DNA of 63,592 nt, counting the filler, from Octopus bimaculoides (Eukaryota), in assembly GCF_001194135.2 (NCBI RefSeq). It is 6 parts of 5 records of this genome, joined end to end, with 100 filler letters (N's around TTAATTAATTAA, not from the genome) between each part and the next. Parts side by side here need not be neighbours in the genome. Positions count along the whole stretch, not along the records: positions 12,414 to 19,855 come from NC_068994.1; positions 19,956 to 41,380 come from NC_068986.1; 4 more parts are not named here. The stretch is one strand, 5' to 3'. Positions 12,927-25,827 of this stretch are shown one piece after another (positions within the stretch are counted from its first letter, which is position 1; the number at the start of each line of letters is the position of its first letter). The position numbers were made by a program, and so were the translations under genes. The notes below the pieces were generated by a model, which was not told the origin of the DNA, did no database searches, and saw only the letters and a list, made by a program, of their open reading frames with translations.

Positions 12927-13354
12927 CGGGAGTAGTTATATCTGAAAAGCTGTCTGCTCGATAAGTGCTGAGCTTTGACTAAAACCACTGCTACATAAAA
13001 AAAAATCAATCAGTAAAAATGTGATGAGGCGTTTTGATGATGCCAGCCACTTTTGTTCATATGTACGAGTGTATCTTTTCTATCTACACAAATGTTTAAG
13101 TTCCCAAAGCGTTTTAAAATAGATCATATACGAATTTTCTTTGAACGCATTTTCACTGATCCAGTGACTGAATGAATCATTCTAGATAGAGTTAGTCTTT
13201 TGTATTATAGTTTTGAGGAAAATCAGTATTTCTGAGTTACTAATAAAGAATTCCATAAGAAGTTAAGAGAACTCATGAGTAGGAATATGAATGTGAACCC
13301 ACAGAATCGGTGACCAAATTATGTAGGCACCGTTTAAATTTATATGAATAGTAA

Positions 13355-13475
13355 CCCACTCCAAAACTTCACTTCTCATCCTTCTGTGGTCGATAAAATA
13401 ATTTTTCACCTAAGTAGTGGTGTCGACTAACCCAGTTCTTTCAAAATTGCTGGGCTTGTATTTAATCAGACTTCA
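13355..13475 (+). mobile_element. SINE family B, degenerate core fragment
   Basis: TCATCCTTCTGTGGTCGATAAAATAA...AAAATTGCTGGGCTTGT. Confidence 0.6.
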
Positions 13476-13587
13476 CATTACTGACAATAATTTCGACACA
13501 TTTTTGTCGAATAACTTAGGGATAACTAAGTAAAAGAAAGTCCGTGAGTTGCTGTTGACTATCTGTTGATGTGGCAAATTTTCTACT

Positions 13588-13745
13588 CAGGCGTGGCTGT
13601 GTGGTAAGAAGCTTGCTTCTCAACCACATAGTTCCGGGTTCAGTCCCACTGCGTGACACCTTGGGCAAGTGTCTTCTACTATGGCCTCAGGCCGACCAAA
13701 GCTTTGTGAATGGATTTGGTAGACGGAAACTGAAAGTCCGTCGTA
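13588..13745 (+). mobile_element. SINE family A, 5' module
   Basis: High similarity to 4226-4385. Confidence 0.9.
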
Positions 13746-13764
13746 TATATACACATATATATAT

Positions 13765-14222
13765 ATCAAAATAAGCAACGTGGATATCCAGAGGTAATGC
13801 AGTACGATCGTTTCATGCAACTCCATTTAATTGAACAATGCAATCATTACATCATTTTAAAATGCAGAGCAATCCTCAGCTGCACAAAGACATAGAATTT
13901 AATTAAATTAGAACAGATGGACACATTAGTATAATTATACCTAAAATCTCCAAGAAGTTAAGGAGATAGACAAAGAACATGCTGTCTTCACTTCAGCATA
14001 GAAGTTACATAGTAACTTCTATGCTGAAGTGAAGACAGATTTTTAGGTATAATTATACTAATGTGTCCATCTGTTCTGATTTAATTAAATTCGATGTCTT
14101 TGTGCAGCTGAGGATTGCTCTGCATTTTAAACTGATGTAATGATTGCATTGTTCAATTAAACGGAGTTGCATGAAACGATGGTACTGCATTACCTATGGA
14201 TATCCTTGCTGCTTATTTTGAT
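13765..14222. repeat. 458-bp near-perfect palindrome (foldback element)
   Basis: Arms of ~210 bp with few mismatches. Perfect inner 27-bp stem 13982-14008 / 14012-14038 with loop ATA. A ~34-nt unpaired segment lies in the left arm at ~13950-13983. Confidence 0.95.
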
Positions 14223-14316
14223 TTTAATCACCTTACTTTGAAATTGTATGGAGCCTCAACCTAAGTACCATATTCATCTGAATCTAAATTTTTGCTGAAC
14301 TCATCTACCATACCCA

Positions 14317-14357
<41 letters not shown>

Positions 14358-14407
14358 TATATATATATTTGTGTGTGTATGTGTGTGCGTGTGTGTGTGT
14401 GTGTGTG

Positions 14408-14610
14408 TGTTTGACCCCCCCCCAACCTTCGCTTGACAACCGATGTTAGTGTTTTCACACCCCCAAAACGTAGTGGTTCGGCAAAAGAAACCGATAGAAT
14501 AAGTACTAGGCTTACAAAGAATAAATCCTGGGGCCGATTCCTTCGACTAAAGGCGGTGCTCCAGCATGGCCACAATCAAATGACTGAAACAAGTAAAAGA
14601 ATAAAAGAAT
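14408..14610 (+). mobile_element. SINE family A, 3' module
   Basis: Matches 4420-4615; ends in AAAAGAAT repeats. Confidence 0.88.
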
Positions 14611-14729
14611 AGATGTTAACAAACATACATTACCCCATCTAAACTATTTTCTCTTAATTTTAATTCGGCAAATGCTTTCACTGCACTTTATGTATCTATT
14701 ATATTTTACAATATAATTTTCTATTTACA

Positions 14730-15193
14730 ATATTTCCAAAGAATTTAATTGTCTAATGCTTCTCCCTCCTCTAGCTATAATTATGGAGTATCGTAAACAT
14801 TATTATTAACGCAACCTTCAATTTTGACATGATATATTGTCACTTATCACTGTTAATGTATATAACAGCTTCTATCAGAAGCTTTACGTCTCTTGAAAAT
14901 AATCCTTTTGAAATATCAAGTTCAACCAAGAGACCATATCCATTAATATCACTATTGGTACCTTAACTTATCTCAATTTATTTTCATCTGGCAATTCGTT
15001 TTTGTTTAAAAATCCCTGTATGCTACTGAAACTTAGTAACTGCTCAAATCTTTCTGATAAAGAATTGATAGCTATATCGAATATGGCGTTGAATACATGA
15101 TTTTTTTCCAATCTTCTTCCTAGGTCATCTGTATTTTGTAACCTATTCAAGCATCCATATTCAAACTACCATTTTATCGGTATATTCTGTTAC

Positions 15194-15233
<40 letters not shown>

Positions 15234-16700
15234 TAAAAAAATAGGACATGCATCTAATTTGTATCTAATTCTTTCGCTGATGTTAGTGCTTTTCATATCC
15301 ATTTGCATGATAATCAATTCCGTAATTAGTGACACTATTCATTAATGAAACTGTATTAGACTGTTCCACTGAGGAGTTCTGCATAGTCCTGCTGGCAGCA
15401 TTTACTTTGCTTAAAACATCATACCAGAAATTAATCAGTAATAGAAAACTGTAATCTTTTTTTTTTTTTTGTGATACAAGAATCTCTGATTCATGTCGCA
15501 TTGCAGGATCATAAAGGGATTCTCAGTTTCCTATAATTCCATATAATGGCTTTCACACATTCAAATTTGCTCTTACATCTGGTTTCGTGCAAAGGTTTTG
15601 CAGCGAGGCACTCAACATGTTTTTTAGTACATACCAGCGCCCAGAAGATGCAGAAAACAACAAATATAAGCGCTGACCAAACACCACTGCCATTAAAATA
15701 AAAAAGAAAGGAAAATAGAAAAAAATGTAAGTGGATACCCAAGTACTTGTAGCACTGTTATCAATCACTAATTTAAGGATATGGTATCTACACAGCATAT
15801 AAAACACCGTTCAAGATCTGTGCCTGAACCACTTTCTCCCTTCCTTTCTTATGTGAAACTTTATCATAGCTCTGACCACTGCAGTTGCGTAATTATACAG
15901 CTCTCTCTCAGAGAATGACATATACTTTCGTACAGGGTGTTACAGAACTGACTATTTTAATGAAATTGGGCAAATTAAGGAAAAAAAAAACTGACAGAAT
16001 TTTATGTTTATTACTTAATTATGATACTGAAATAGGTTTATAAATCTTGCGTCAAAACTGTATTGAAAATTTTCAACATGTGATCCGTTTGTATCCCTAC
16101 AAATTTCAAATCTATCCTTAGCATTGCGAAACACATTTTGAAGCATTTCAGGAGTTATCACCTGCACTGCTAACTGAATGCGTTCTATAAGTTCAGCTAA
16201 ACTATTGCTCCATTCTGGGGATGGTGGTAGAAAAAATGATTGCAGCCAAATAGAAAAAAGCTGTCGTGGACAGATACGCGGGATCCAACAGGAATGAAAA
16301 TAAAATTATAAAGTTATAAAGAAAATTAAAAATTTATCCACTTTTAACACATCAAACATGACAAATATAAATAAAAGTGTGTTTTTTAAAAAAACTGTCA
16401 ATTTCACTGAAATAGTTAATTCTGGGGACACCTTGTATAATCTCTTGCTTGTTGTAACTGGTTTATATGTAACAAAAGAGTGCTTTTAATGATGTATCTT
16501 CTACATCTAAAAATCGCATTGCAACTGAAAGCTGTGACATATGAGGATTCGGTTCCTTTAGCTCAGTTTAATATATTTTCCATCCCAACAAATTGATTAT
16601 TTCATTCTGAAGAACTTTTCTACATTAATGAGTATAAGCTTTCTTGAGACAATCCAACGTAAATGTTCGTTCATTGTAGGGTAAAATTTTACGAGTAGCA
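14730..16700 (-). pseudogene. Decayed hAT-superfamily transposase (ZMYM1/THAP12-like type), interrupted by a nested Tc1/mariner element
   Basis: Colinear motifs across frames: NEHLRWI, LQNEIINLL, HMSQLSVAMRF, NCSGQSYD, C..HILKLVI, QRLY.LFSASSGRW, KPL.ETR, FWYDVLSKVN.ASRTMQ, VFNAIFD.AINSLSERFEQL, and dimerisation-like ARGGRS. Many stops and frameshifts. Confidence 0.85.
15933..16435 (-). mobile_element. Internally deleted Tc1/mariner (rosa/maT-like) element
   Basis: About 40-bp imperfect TIRs (CAGGGTGTTACAGAACTGACTATTTTAATGAAATTG vs rc CAAGGTGTCCCCAGAATTAACTATTTCAGTGAAATTG), TA on both flanks. Internal C-terminal transposase relic SLAELIERIQLAVQVITPEMLQNVFRNAKDRFEICRDTNGSHVE, preceded by a degenerate WPxRSPDL..DFFLWG-like motif. 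Confidence 0.85.
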
Positions 16701-16864
16701 CAAAAGTTACGCAGTGTAAGTAATGTGTCTGAAGTTCTGTTACGCAGTGTAAGTAATGTGTCTGAAGTTCTGTTTAGTCATAGATTGATACTCATTAAAC
16801 GTTCCAAAACTCTATCTACACCGATGTAATTTTATAACTTTTTACGACCGACTAGGATTCCGTT

Positions 16865-16908
16865 CGCGACCCATTAGTGGGTTGCGACTCATAGTTTGGG
16901 AACCACTG
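16865..16908. mobile_element. hAT/Charlie-type MITE terminus
   Basis: GCGACCCATTAGTGGGTTGCGACTCATAGTTTGGGAACCACTG ends in the rc of a CAGTGGTTCCCAAAC-type TIR. The partner end was not found. Confidence 0.5.
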
Positions 16909-17405
16909 TTTTAGACCACTTCTTTAAGCCAACTTAGATGATGTACTGAATTATTATGTCATTGTAAATATTCGTGAGAATGCTTCCGGTCATTAATTCC
17001 AAATCTTTCATAAGCATGACGTATTTGAGTAGCTAAAAACTTTACAAGAGCAAAAGATTTTATTGGTGCTCACTGAATAAGCAAACCATATTCTAAGAAA
17101 ATGTTCGCCGTTCTTAATTTTCTATTCATCATTGTCACAGAGAAACTACATTTATTTACACCTATTGGACAACTGTTCTATTCATTAATAGGATGCAGCC
17201 CGTTTATTATAATGTGATCAGTTTCTACCACTGAAAATTCATTCAGGGGTGTTGACATTTCTTTGGGGGAAGTTTTCATATTTACTTTTAAAATTCTAAG
17301 AATTCCTCACTGTGACGTTATTAACAAAGTCTTCAACAAAAATGCAAATGTGATAATGATATTTTGATTCATGCATACAATCATGCAATCGTTCTTTTTT
17401 TCCAG

Positions 17406-17486
17406 AATGCACAGTATCTTCCATAACTTTGACTTCTTCACAGACATTAGATGACACACCAGGAGAGACAAATGTAACTAAAGACG
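17406..17486 (+). CDS. Candidate symmetric phase 1-1 exon (81 nt)
   Basis: Strong acceptor GTTCTTTTTTTCCAG, donor ACG/GTGAGC; only open frame xCTVSSITLTSSQTLDDTPGETNVTKD. Confidence 0.35.
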
Positions 17487-17717
17487 GTGAGCCTACGTTA
17501 GGCCCAACGTTAAGACTGAGGACAACAAAACAAAAAAACAAATAAATTCGGTTACGTAGGGTGTTTTTAGATGATTGCTTTTTGTTTTCATTTATTTATT
17601 TGTTTTCATTTATTTATTTGTTTTCATTTATTTATTTGTTTTCATAGTTTGTTAAAATTTGCTAAAGAATTTTCAATCTGGGAAAGGAGGATTTAAAATT
17701 ATAGATATATGTTTAAT

Positions 17718-17749
<32 letters not shown>

Positions 17750-17965
17750 ACACACACCATATAATATATATATATATATATATATACATACACGCATACA
17801 TACATACATACATACATACATGCATGCATACATACATACATATGTTACATGCAGTTACTCTATCCAGATTATAAGTTCATGTTCATACCTGTAATTATAT
17901 GGGCCCTGGGATATGTAACATACTGCCTAAATACCAATCTCCAAAAATTACGCTTCTCAAAACCA

Positions 17966-18030
17966 GAAGGCGGTGCTCCAGCATGGCCACAGTCAAATGA
18001 CTGAAACAATTAAAAGAGTAAAAGAGAGTA
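17966..18030 (+). mobile_element. SINE family A tail fragment
   Basis: AAGGCGGTGCTCCAGCATGGCCACAGTCAAATGACTGAAAC plus AAAAGAGT repeats. Confidence 0.85.
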
Positions 18031-18244
18031 AATATATATATATATATATATNNNNNNNNNNNNNNNNNNNNNNNNNNNNNNNNNNNNNNNNNNNNNNNNN
18101 NNNNNNNNNNNNNNNNNNNNNNNNNNNNNNNNNNNNNNNNNNNNNNNNNNNNNNNNNNNNNNNNNNNNNNNNNNNNNNNNNNNNNNNNNNNNNNNNNNNN
18201 NNNNNNNNNNNNNNNNNNNNNNNNNNNNNNTATGTATATATATG

Positions 18245-18309
<65 letters not shown>

Positions 18310-19955
18310 GTATGTATACGCACGCGCACACACACGTACGTACACATACACATTCACACTACCTTACAAAAATGTGACTTTTATGTAACTAATTAAATGA
18401 GGAATAATGAACTAACGAGGTAAGTATAGGTATTTTAGTAGGTAAATGTATAAATTCTTTAAATTTTTTGCAATTTAATTTTATTTTTAAAAGAAAGACC
18501 TAATATTAAAGCTGATATTATAAAATAAATGTCTATTAAAAATTTCAGTTTTTCGTATGTTTTTCATCTGCTTTATAAACAGTTTTGTTGTATATTTGTG
18601 TAAGCTTTTAATGACAGTTTTTATTATTTCCGATGTTAAACTATTCTATATCCTACTTATTTCAACTTTCAATTGGTTCTTTGATAAAAAAACAAAAACA
18701 AAAAGACTTAAGTTACCAATATTTCAATATTTCGAAGTAATTTTCACAACATAAGAGCATTTACTAATAACGCGTTTTTTTTAAAAATAGCTTTTCAAGG
18801 CATGCTGTATATTTTACTACTGCAGTTAAGTCTCAAAATTCAACAATTAGTGTACGTTAATATAACTGACCACTGTTCATTTTATCATATTTGACGAGTG
18901 CCAAATAACTTAAACAACAACCAGATAAATATTTACACCATAAAAATTATAAAATAATTCACTGAATCTAGGTTAGAATTCGACATACTTGATTCTCGCC
19001 AGGGTCAAACTAATTTTAATTTTCAAGGTGGTGCTATCAGTATAAATGCATACAATTCAATGGCTATAACAAGTAAAAGAGTAAAAGAAATTTAGTAGAT
19101 TATGCTGCCTTCCTGAAGCAGCTCCTGGTCCCGAGTTCTTATAAATGATCAGGCAGTCCACGTGCGCAAGAAACAGAACCTGCAAAAAGAATGTATCACC
19201 TACTCCCCTAGGTTAAAGTTATATCTTGTTTGTTAGTAAGCTTGTAATCATTTAAAGTTTTTATTGATCATAACTAATCGGGTCGATTTCTTTGATCTTC
19301 TGATTCTCGATCAAAGATGTCGCTTTTTACTTTTCTTCGACTTGACGACGAAATGATACCACATGGAAATTAATTTTTGTAACGTAATTTAATCCCAATA
19401 ATTATTGTGAAAGTAGCTACCTTTAATTACGAAAATGTCTGCCTTGAGATACGAAAATATATACTAGCTAAAATGAAAAAGAAAGCGAATCAGGTCGAGG
19501 AGGACATACAGAGAGGAAAGAAGTCAGTTTGTATTGTAACCGCATGCCAGTCAATATGACGAAGCCACTAATATATTATAATGCCTTGCGTAGCTGGGAA
19601 GAAACTAAAGCCATTTTCATGCTCTCTGGTAAGCCATTTCTGTGACTCATTTTTCTTCAGTAAAAATAAATAAATAAAAATAAAAGCGTATACTAGGTGA
19701 ACTTTCTTTTCGTTTTCTTCCATAATAGATGAGCCGTCTTCAATAAGTAGGACCAATGATTCTAGTCACTATTCCCTTTCTGCTTTCTCCTAGCATTACT
19801 ATCGCGCGCGCGGGCGCACACACGTGCACACACGCACACACGCGGACACACGCACNNNNNNNNNNNNNNNNNNNNNNNNNNNNNNNNNNNNNNNNNNNNT
19901 TAATTAATTAANNNNNNNNNNNNNNNNNNNNNNNNNNNNNNNNNNNNNNNNNNNN

Positions 19956-19991
<36 letters not shown>

Positions 19992-21534
19992 TGTGTTTAT
20001 GTATAGAGTTATTTCTAAGCCACGTACCGACACACGAGCCTTTTTCAGACTGCATTTTTTTCTTTCTTGCTGGACCTTTTCCTGTATTTGTATATGACGA
20101 AGAGCTACATTCGATACGTCACACTCCCTCTTTTGGATACTACATGTTGAGAATTCTTTCTTACTTGTGATTCATGATCGATGTAGCTTCTATGAGACTA
20201 ATAACATGTAAATCATGAAAAATCTCAATCCGAAAATCTTGAAATTTTAGAATTAACCGTGATAGTTTCTAAATTTTAAAATCTTGGGCGATAGAAATCC
20301 GAAAAATCTGTAACAAATAATTCATTTTAATAAAAAAAATAAGCATTCACAAAAACAATAGTTTATCAAGTGACGTTCCAATTATGTAAATACACGCTAA
20401 TGGGAATCTGTATCTGATTATAAGTTTACTCACTCGGATTACCGTATTATACTGTCAGATAATTCGTTTGAATAACATACGCGGTCCACCCTAATATCCT
20501 CAGTTACTACGTACGGAGGTGATAATTATTTCGTCACAGTATGAAGAAAGGTGAAACAATTGAGATTGAAATTAAAGAATTACGAGGAAATAAACGCAGT
20601 GAATTCACATTATTAATTCCTAGTTTTTGGTAATCATGTACAGCACTATGTCATTCTTTTTAGAGATCATCAGCGTAATAAATCCTGCGATCTTTTAATA
20701 ACTTCATAACTTCTATCTGCTTTCTGCCATTCTGAAAAATGCTTCTTTTCCCCTTGAAGTATCTAGTTCTATATCAAATAAGCTCCTTATTTTGGTGCCT
20801 CTCTTTTTGCCGTAAAACCTAAACATATTTCTTTTAAGTTGTCCTTATAAAATTAACCTTCATCTTTTCAAATTCCCTTTCGTCTACTTTAAAATATTAA
20901 GTAAATGTTTAACTAAAATATCACCCAGGCAGCCTCTCCTATGAAACACACTATGTTGGATTTACTTGTCTTTGTAATATATTTGTCACTTAAAGAGGAT
21001 TTTCTGGAGTGAATTACTGAACAGCCATTAATGCATAAAAGTGTGTACTTTGCGTTTATCAAGTTTGACAATCTAGATACTCGAAATCTGTTTTATATCA
21101 CGTGGAATTCTTTCTTGTTATCTCATCTCTACTTTCTCATGTTATTTCGTGCAACACAATGAAGAGATCTGTTAAATTGTTTCACCGCCACCACCACAAA
21201 CGTGATAAGTTAAGTATATGAAGGTCTACAAGAAGACTAAAGTTTATGGGCTTATTAGAACTGATGCAGCTAAAATAGAAAATTGGCTAACTACATCATA
21301 CGAGCAATAACTACTAGACATTGAAATAGAAAGCATACATCCTTTTTTAATATGGATGACAACAACTCTCAAAATACAAATGTAGTGATGATTCATGCAT
21401 TGTCAAAGAGAAAATACGGACAAAATATATACAGGAAATTGTAACTACGAATTTTTTTTAGAATCTTGGATGATTTCTAACTTTATTTTTTATTTCATTA
21501 TTGCCCACAGAGAAATAAATATAGAAGCGACAAA

Positions 21535-21720
21535 TAAGGACAGACAAGGGAATAAGTCAATTATATCGACCCCAGTGCGTAACTGGTACTTATTCAATCC
21601 ACCCCGAATAGATGAAAGGTAAAGTCGACCTCGAAGGAATTTGAACTCAGAACGTAACGGCTGACGAAATACTGATAAGCATTTCGCCCGGTGTGCTAAC
21701 GATTCTGCCAGCTCGCCACC
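21535..21720 (-). mobile_element. tRNA-derived SINE family B (Meta/RUDI-like core)
   Basis: rc GGTGGCGAGCTGGCAGAATCGTTAGC...CTGAGTTCAAATTCC...GGTCGACTTTACCTTTCATC...AATAAGTACCAG. The superfamily label is from memory. Confidence 0.85.
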
Positions 21721-21936
21721 TTGATTTCTACCTTTATTGGCATCGCAGCATAGTGCCTTAGAAACAGTTCTCTTCAAGAAGAATAAGAATTATAACAGAG
21801 TGAAAATATGAACCCAAAACAAGCTTTGCTAAAAAGTCTTCTGGGGTGTAATTAAATGATAAATTCCTTAATTTGGGGTATGACTATAGATACACTAAAT
21901 AATGCTTCCGGATTGAAAAACGGGCCAAAAACACCT

Positions 21937-22075
21937 CACGATGGTTTTGCTTCCTAACCACATGATTCTGTGTTCATCCCCACCGCGTGGCAACTTGTGC
22001 AAGTCTCTTCTAATACTGCCTCGAATCTTCTGAGTAGATTTTGTAGTTAGGTACTGGAAATAGCCCATAGTATAT
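21937..22075 (+). mobile_element. SINE family A, degenerate 5' module
   Basis: TTGCTTCCTAACCACATGATTCTG...GCGTGGCAACTTGTGCAAGT. Confidence 0.7.
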
Positions 22076-22083
22076 GTGTGCGT

Positions 22084-22143
<60 letters not shown>

Positions 22144-22787
22144 TGTATGTATTTAAGTGCATATGTACTGAATCATAAAGAGGCAGGAAGAGTAAATATA
22201 TATAGACACGTTGGAAATTGAGTGTGTGGAAATAGATTGGAAATTAAAGAAATTTGCTATCGAACCGGCGCTAATTGGAATTATGTATGAAAATTTACAT
22301 GTGTGTGTGTGTGCGCGCGCGCACTCGTGTGTGTGACAATTTGTTCTATTAAAAGTCGATCAATGCTAATAATGAATTACCTTTCAATTAAACTGGTTTC
22401 TAAATAAATAAGAACATTTAATTATTAAAGACACGAAACTCTTCGTGGCGAACGCAGAAGATCGAATACAACAATTATGAAGGTTGTTCACGTCTATATG
22501 TAATAGTTGGATCGGTGGGCATAAGAAAATGGATTTAACGAGATAGAAAATTTATACATTCACTGATATGTGCAGGAAGGGGACGATATTATGAGGAATA
22601 TTGGGAATCTTATTCAAATGTTGCTAAAACAATATTTCTTTCGGCTATGAAGTACATGGTCTGAAATTTCGGCGTAGGGGACAGCTTTATTTGATGTAGG
22701 AGAATGACAGTTAAAGACAACACCGAGGTAATTTCAACTCAGAAGTTAGAACACAACCAAATTAATTGCAGGCCTGGCTATAGCCAC

Positions 22788-22879
22788 GGGCGTGGTCATG
22801 TAGTAAGAATTTTACTCCCAGCCACATGGTTCTGGTTTCAGACCATTGCGTGTCACCTTGGGCAAATGTGTTCTACAAT
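22788..22879 (+). mobile_element. SINE family A head fragment
   Basis: CCACATGGTTCTGGTTTCAGACCATTGCGTGTCACCTTGGGCAAATGTG. Confidence 0.75.
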
Positions 22880-25161
22880 ATTTATATATATATATATATA
22901 TATATATNNNNNNNNNNNNNNNNNNNNNNNNNNNNNNNNNNNNNNNNNNNNNNNNNNNNNNNNNNNNNNNNNNNNNNNNNNNNNNNNNNNNNNNNNNNNN
23001 NNNNNNNNNNNNNNNNNNNNNNNNNNNNNNNNNNNNNNNNNNNNNNNNNNNNNNNNNNNNNNNNNNNNNNNNNNNNNNNNNNNNNNNNNNNNNNNNNNNN
23101 NNNNNNNNNNNNNNNNNNNNNNNNNNNNNNNNNNNNNNNNNNNNNNNNNNNNNNNNNNNNNNNNNNNNNNNNNNNNNNNNNNNNNNNNNNNNNNNNNNNN
23201 NNNNNNNNNNNNNNNNNNNNNNNNNNNNNNNCATATATATATAAGTATATAAATATATATGTATATATATGTATATACATATATGTCTATATATATATGC
23301 ATATATATGTATATATGCTATTTATTTGTGCGTGTTTTACTGTGTGTATGTGCATGTGTTTATACACTAATTGCGAAAAGCTAAATTATGGCCCATTTTA
23401 TCCTTGTGTATGTGTGTATGTATGTTTGTAATGTGTAAGAAAGAGAGAGAAAGAAAGAGAGAGAATGTGTGTGTGTGCGCACGCCTATGTATCTGTTCGT
23501 TTAGGAAAGACGAGCAAGTGTTGGAGCAATAAACAAATACATCAAATTGCAAACGAATGCAACGGCACCACGTGAATCACAACATGGTCATTACGCCGAC
23601 AACAAATATTAGCTATGGCGGCACATTACAAAATAACCAGTTACAATGTAAATACTGCCGAACATCTTTGCAAACATACATGTAGAATGCATACGCGCGC
23701 ATGTGTGTATATGTATGCATTCTTATATGTATATATGACTATGCGTCTGCGTGTATGGCTGTATATAGTTGGGAGAAGTGTGTATATATTTGTAAGTGAG
23801 ATAGGTGAATACCTGTATCATGTGTAGAATATGGGTGATCTTTGTTATGAGAATATATAAGAATTTGATATAGAACTCCGTTATTGAAGCAATCATGGCC
23901 GAAGAGTTGGTTCTTCCAGCTCGTAAACCTTTCGTTCCAGCACTTTTCGGTGTGTCCTGAGAGTTGGAATTCTAGTAAGCTCTCTTACAAAGAGCCGTGC
24001 TGTATTAAAGTGTTAACTGTACGCTCATGAAGGTTAGACGCATTAGGTATGATGATAATAGCCATGTTCAGCCAAATGTGGAATCCAGCTTCGTAATTCT
24101 GCATAGTTGATGTTATTAGTGGTACACAAGAAAGAAATATTAATCATTGTTTTCCAGCATCTTTAGCATGTTGTTAAGTAGATCGATGCATCAGAATCGG
24201 TAGAACATAAAACATGGAACAATGTTTGAAATAATTAAATCAGCAAACGATTAAAGGAAGAGGAGAATACCAGAAAAATATTAAAGAAAGCCAAACACTA
24301 GGCAGGGTTAAAATTCAGGGTTAAAATTCCGCCATCCCTTCTCATTATCCAATATCCTATTTTAATTCCTAAAATGAAGTATTTAATTAAATATTCTTAA
24401 TTAAACATTTAGACGTAATTGTTATTGTGTACGGGTAAAAGGGTACGAGAAGTTAAGAAAAATCATGTTCTTTGTAAAAGAAGACTGTGAGCTTTTTAGC
24501 AACAAGATTCAGATAGATATGATCTGGTCGATGGCCGGAAAGTAGGGTAGCTATAAAACATATTTGTTGAGAGAGCCATGGATTAAGAGAGAAGAGGGTA
24601 TGTCTGTGTGGTTGTGTGAGCAGGTCTGAATGTGTTTGTATTTGAACGCGATAAAAAAAGGCACATTATACAAAAGTAAGGAACCACCAAGAACGGTATG
24701 AACTGAGATTGACAGAGATGTTACTTGAAAATTTTCTGCGTTATATTCGAGGAGAAAAAATGCAGAAGGACAGGGTACATAGACAGGGAGGTAGGCAGAG
24801 AGTCAGATACATAGAGAGTGGAGAATACCCATAACTATAGACGTGACAAACCGGCTGATAGAAAAAAAAATGTTGCTCAGATGTATATATGAGTATTCAC
24901 TCTCAGGGATCGTACGATATTGAGAAAAGGATATAAAAGGATATCTACATAAAAAGGGACATCTATCACAGTGTGACGAACAGAAGTTGTTATAAATAAG
25001 AACGATATATTTAAGCGCACGTATGTGGGTTTGTGTGTGTGTGTATTTGCATGTGTATGTATGCATGTGTGTGTTGTGTATGTGTATGCGTGTGTGTGTG
25101 ACGTGTGTGTGTTCATGTATACATATGTACACACGCACACACACACACACATATATATATG

Positions 25162-25206
<45 letters not shown>

Positions 25207-25772
25207 NNNNNNNNNNNNNNNNNNNNNNNNNNNNNNNNNNNNNNNNNNNNNNNNNNNNNNNNNNNNNNNNNNNNNNNNNNNNNNNNNNNNNNNNNNNNNN
25301 NNNNNNNNNNNNNNNNNNNNNNNNNNNNNNNNNNNNNNNNNNNNNNNNNNNNNNNNNNNNNNNNNNNNNNNNNNNNNNNNNNNNNNNNNNNNNNNNNNNN
25401 NNNNNNNNNNNNNNNNNNNNNNNNNNNNNNNNNNNNNNNNNNNNNNNNNNNNNNNNNNNNNNNNNNNNNNNNNNNNNNNNNNNNNNNNNNNNNNNNNNNN
25501 NNNNNNNNNNNNNNNNNNNNNNNNNNNNNNNNNNNNNNNNNNNNNNNNNNNNNNNNNNNNNNNNNNNNNNNNNNNNNNNNNNNNNNNNNNNNNNNNNNNN
25601 NNNNNNNNNNNNNNNNNNNNNNNNNNNNNNNNNNNNNNNNNNNNNNNNNNNNNNNNNNNNNNNNNNNNNNNNNNNNNNNNNNNNNNNNNNNNNNNNNNNN
25701 NNNNNNNNNNNNNNNNNNNNNNNNNNNNNNNNNNNNNNNNNNNNNNNNNNNNNNNNNNNNNNNNNNNNNNNN

Positions 25773-25827
<55 letters not shown>

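Noticed and set aside
14132-14192. CUGAUG...GAAAC...GUA hammerhead-like spacing inside the large palindrome
   Set aside because: A9 is missing, stem II is poor and stem I does not pair.
19856-19955. TTAATTAATTAA palindrome recurring five times
   Set aside because: Always centred in exactly 44+44 N: an artificial six-frame-stop spacer.
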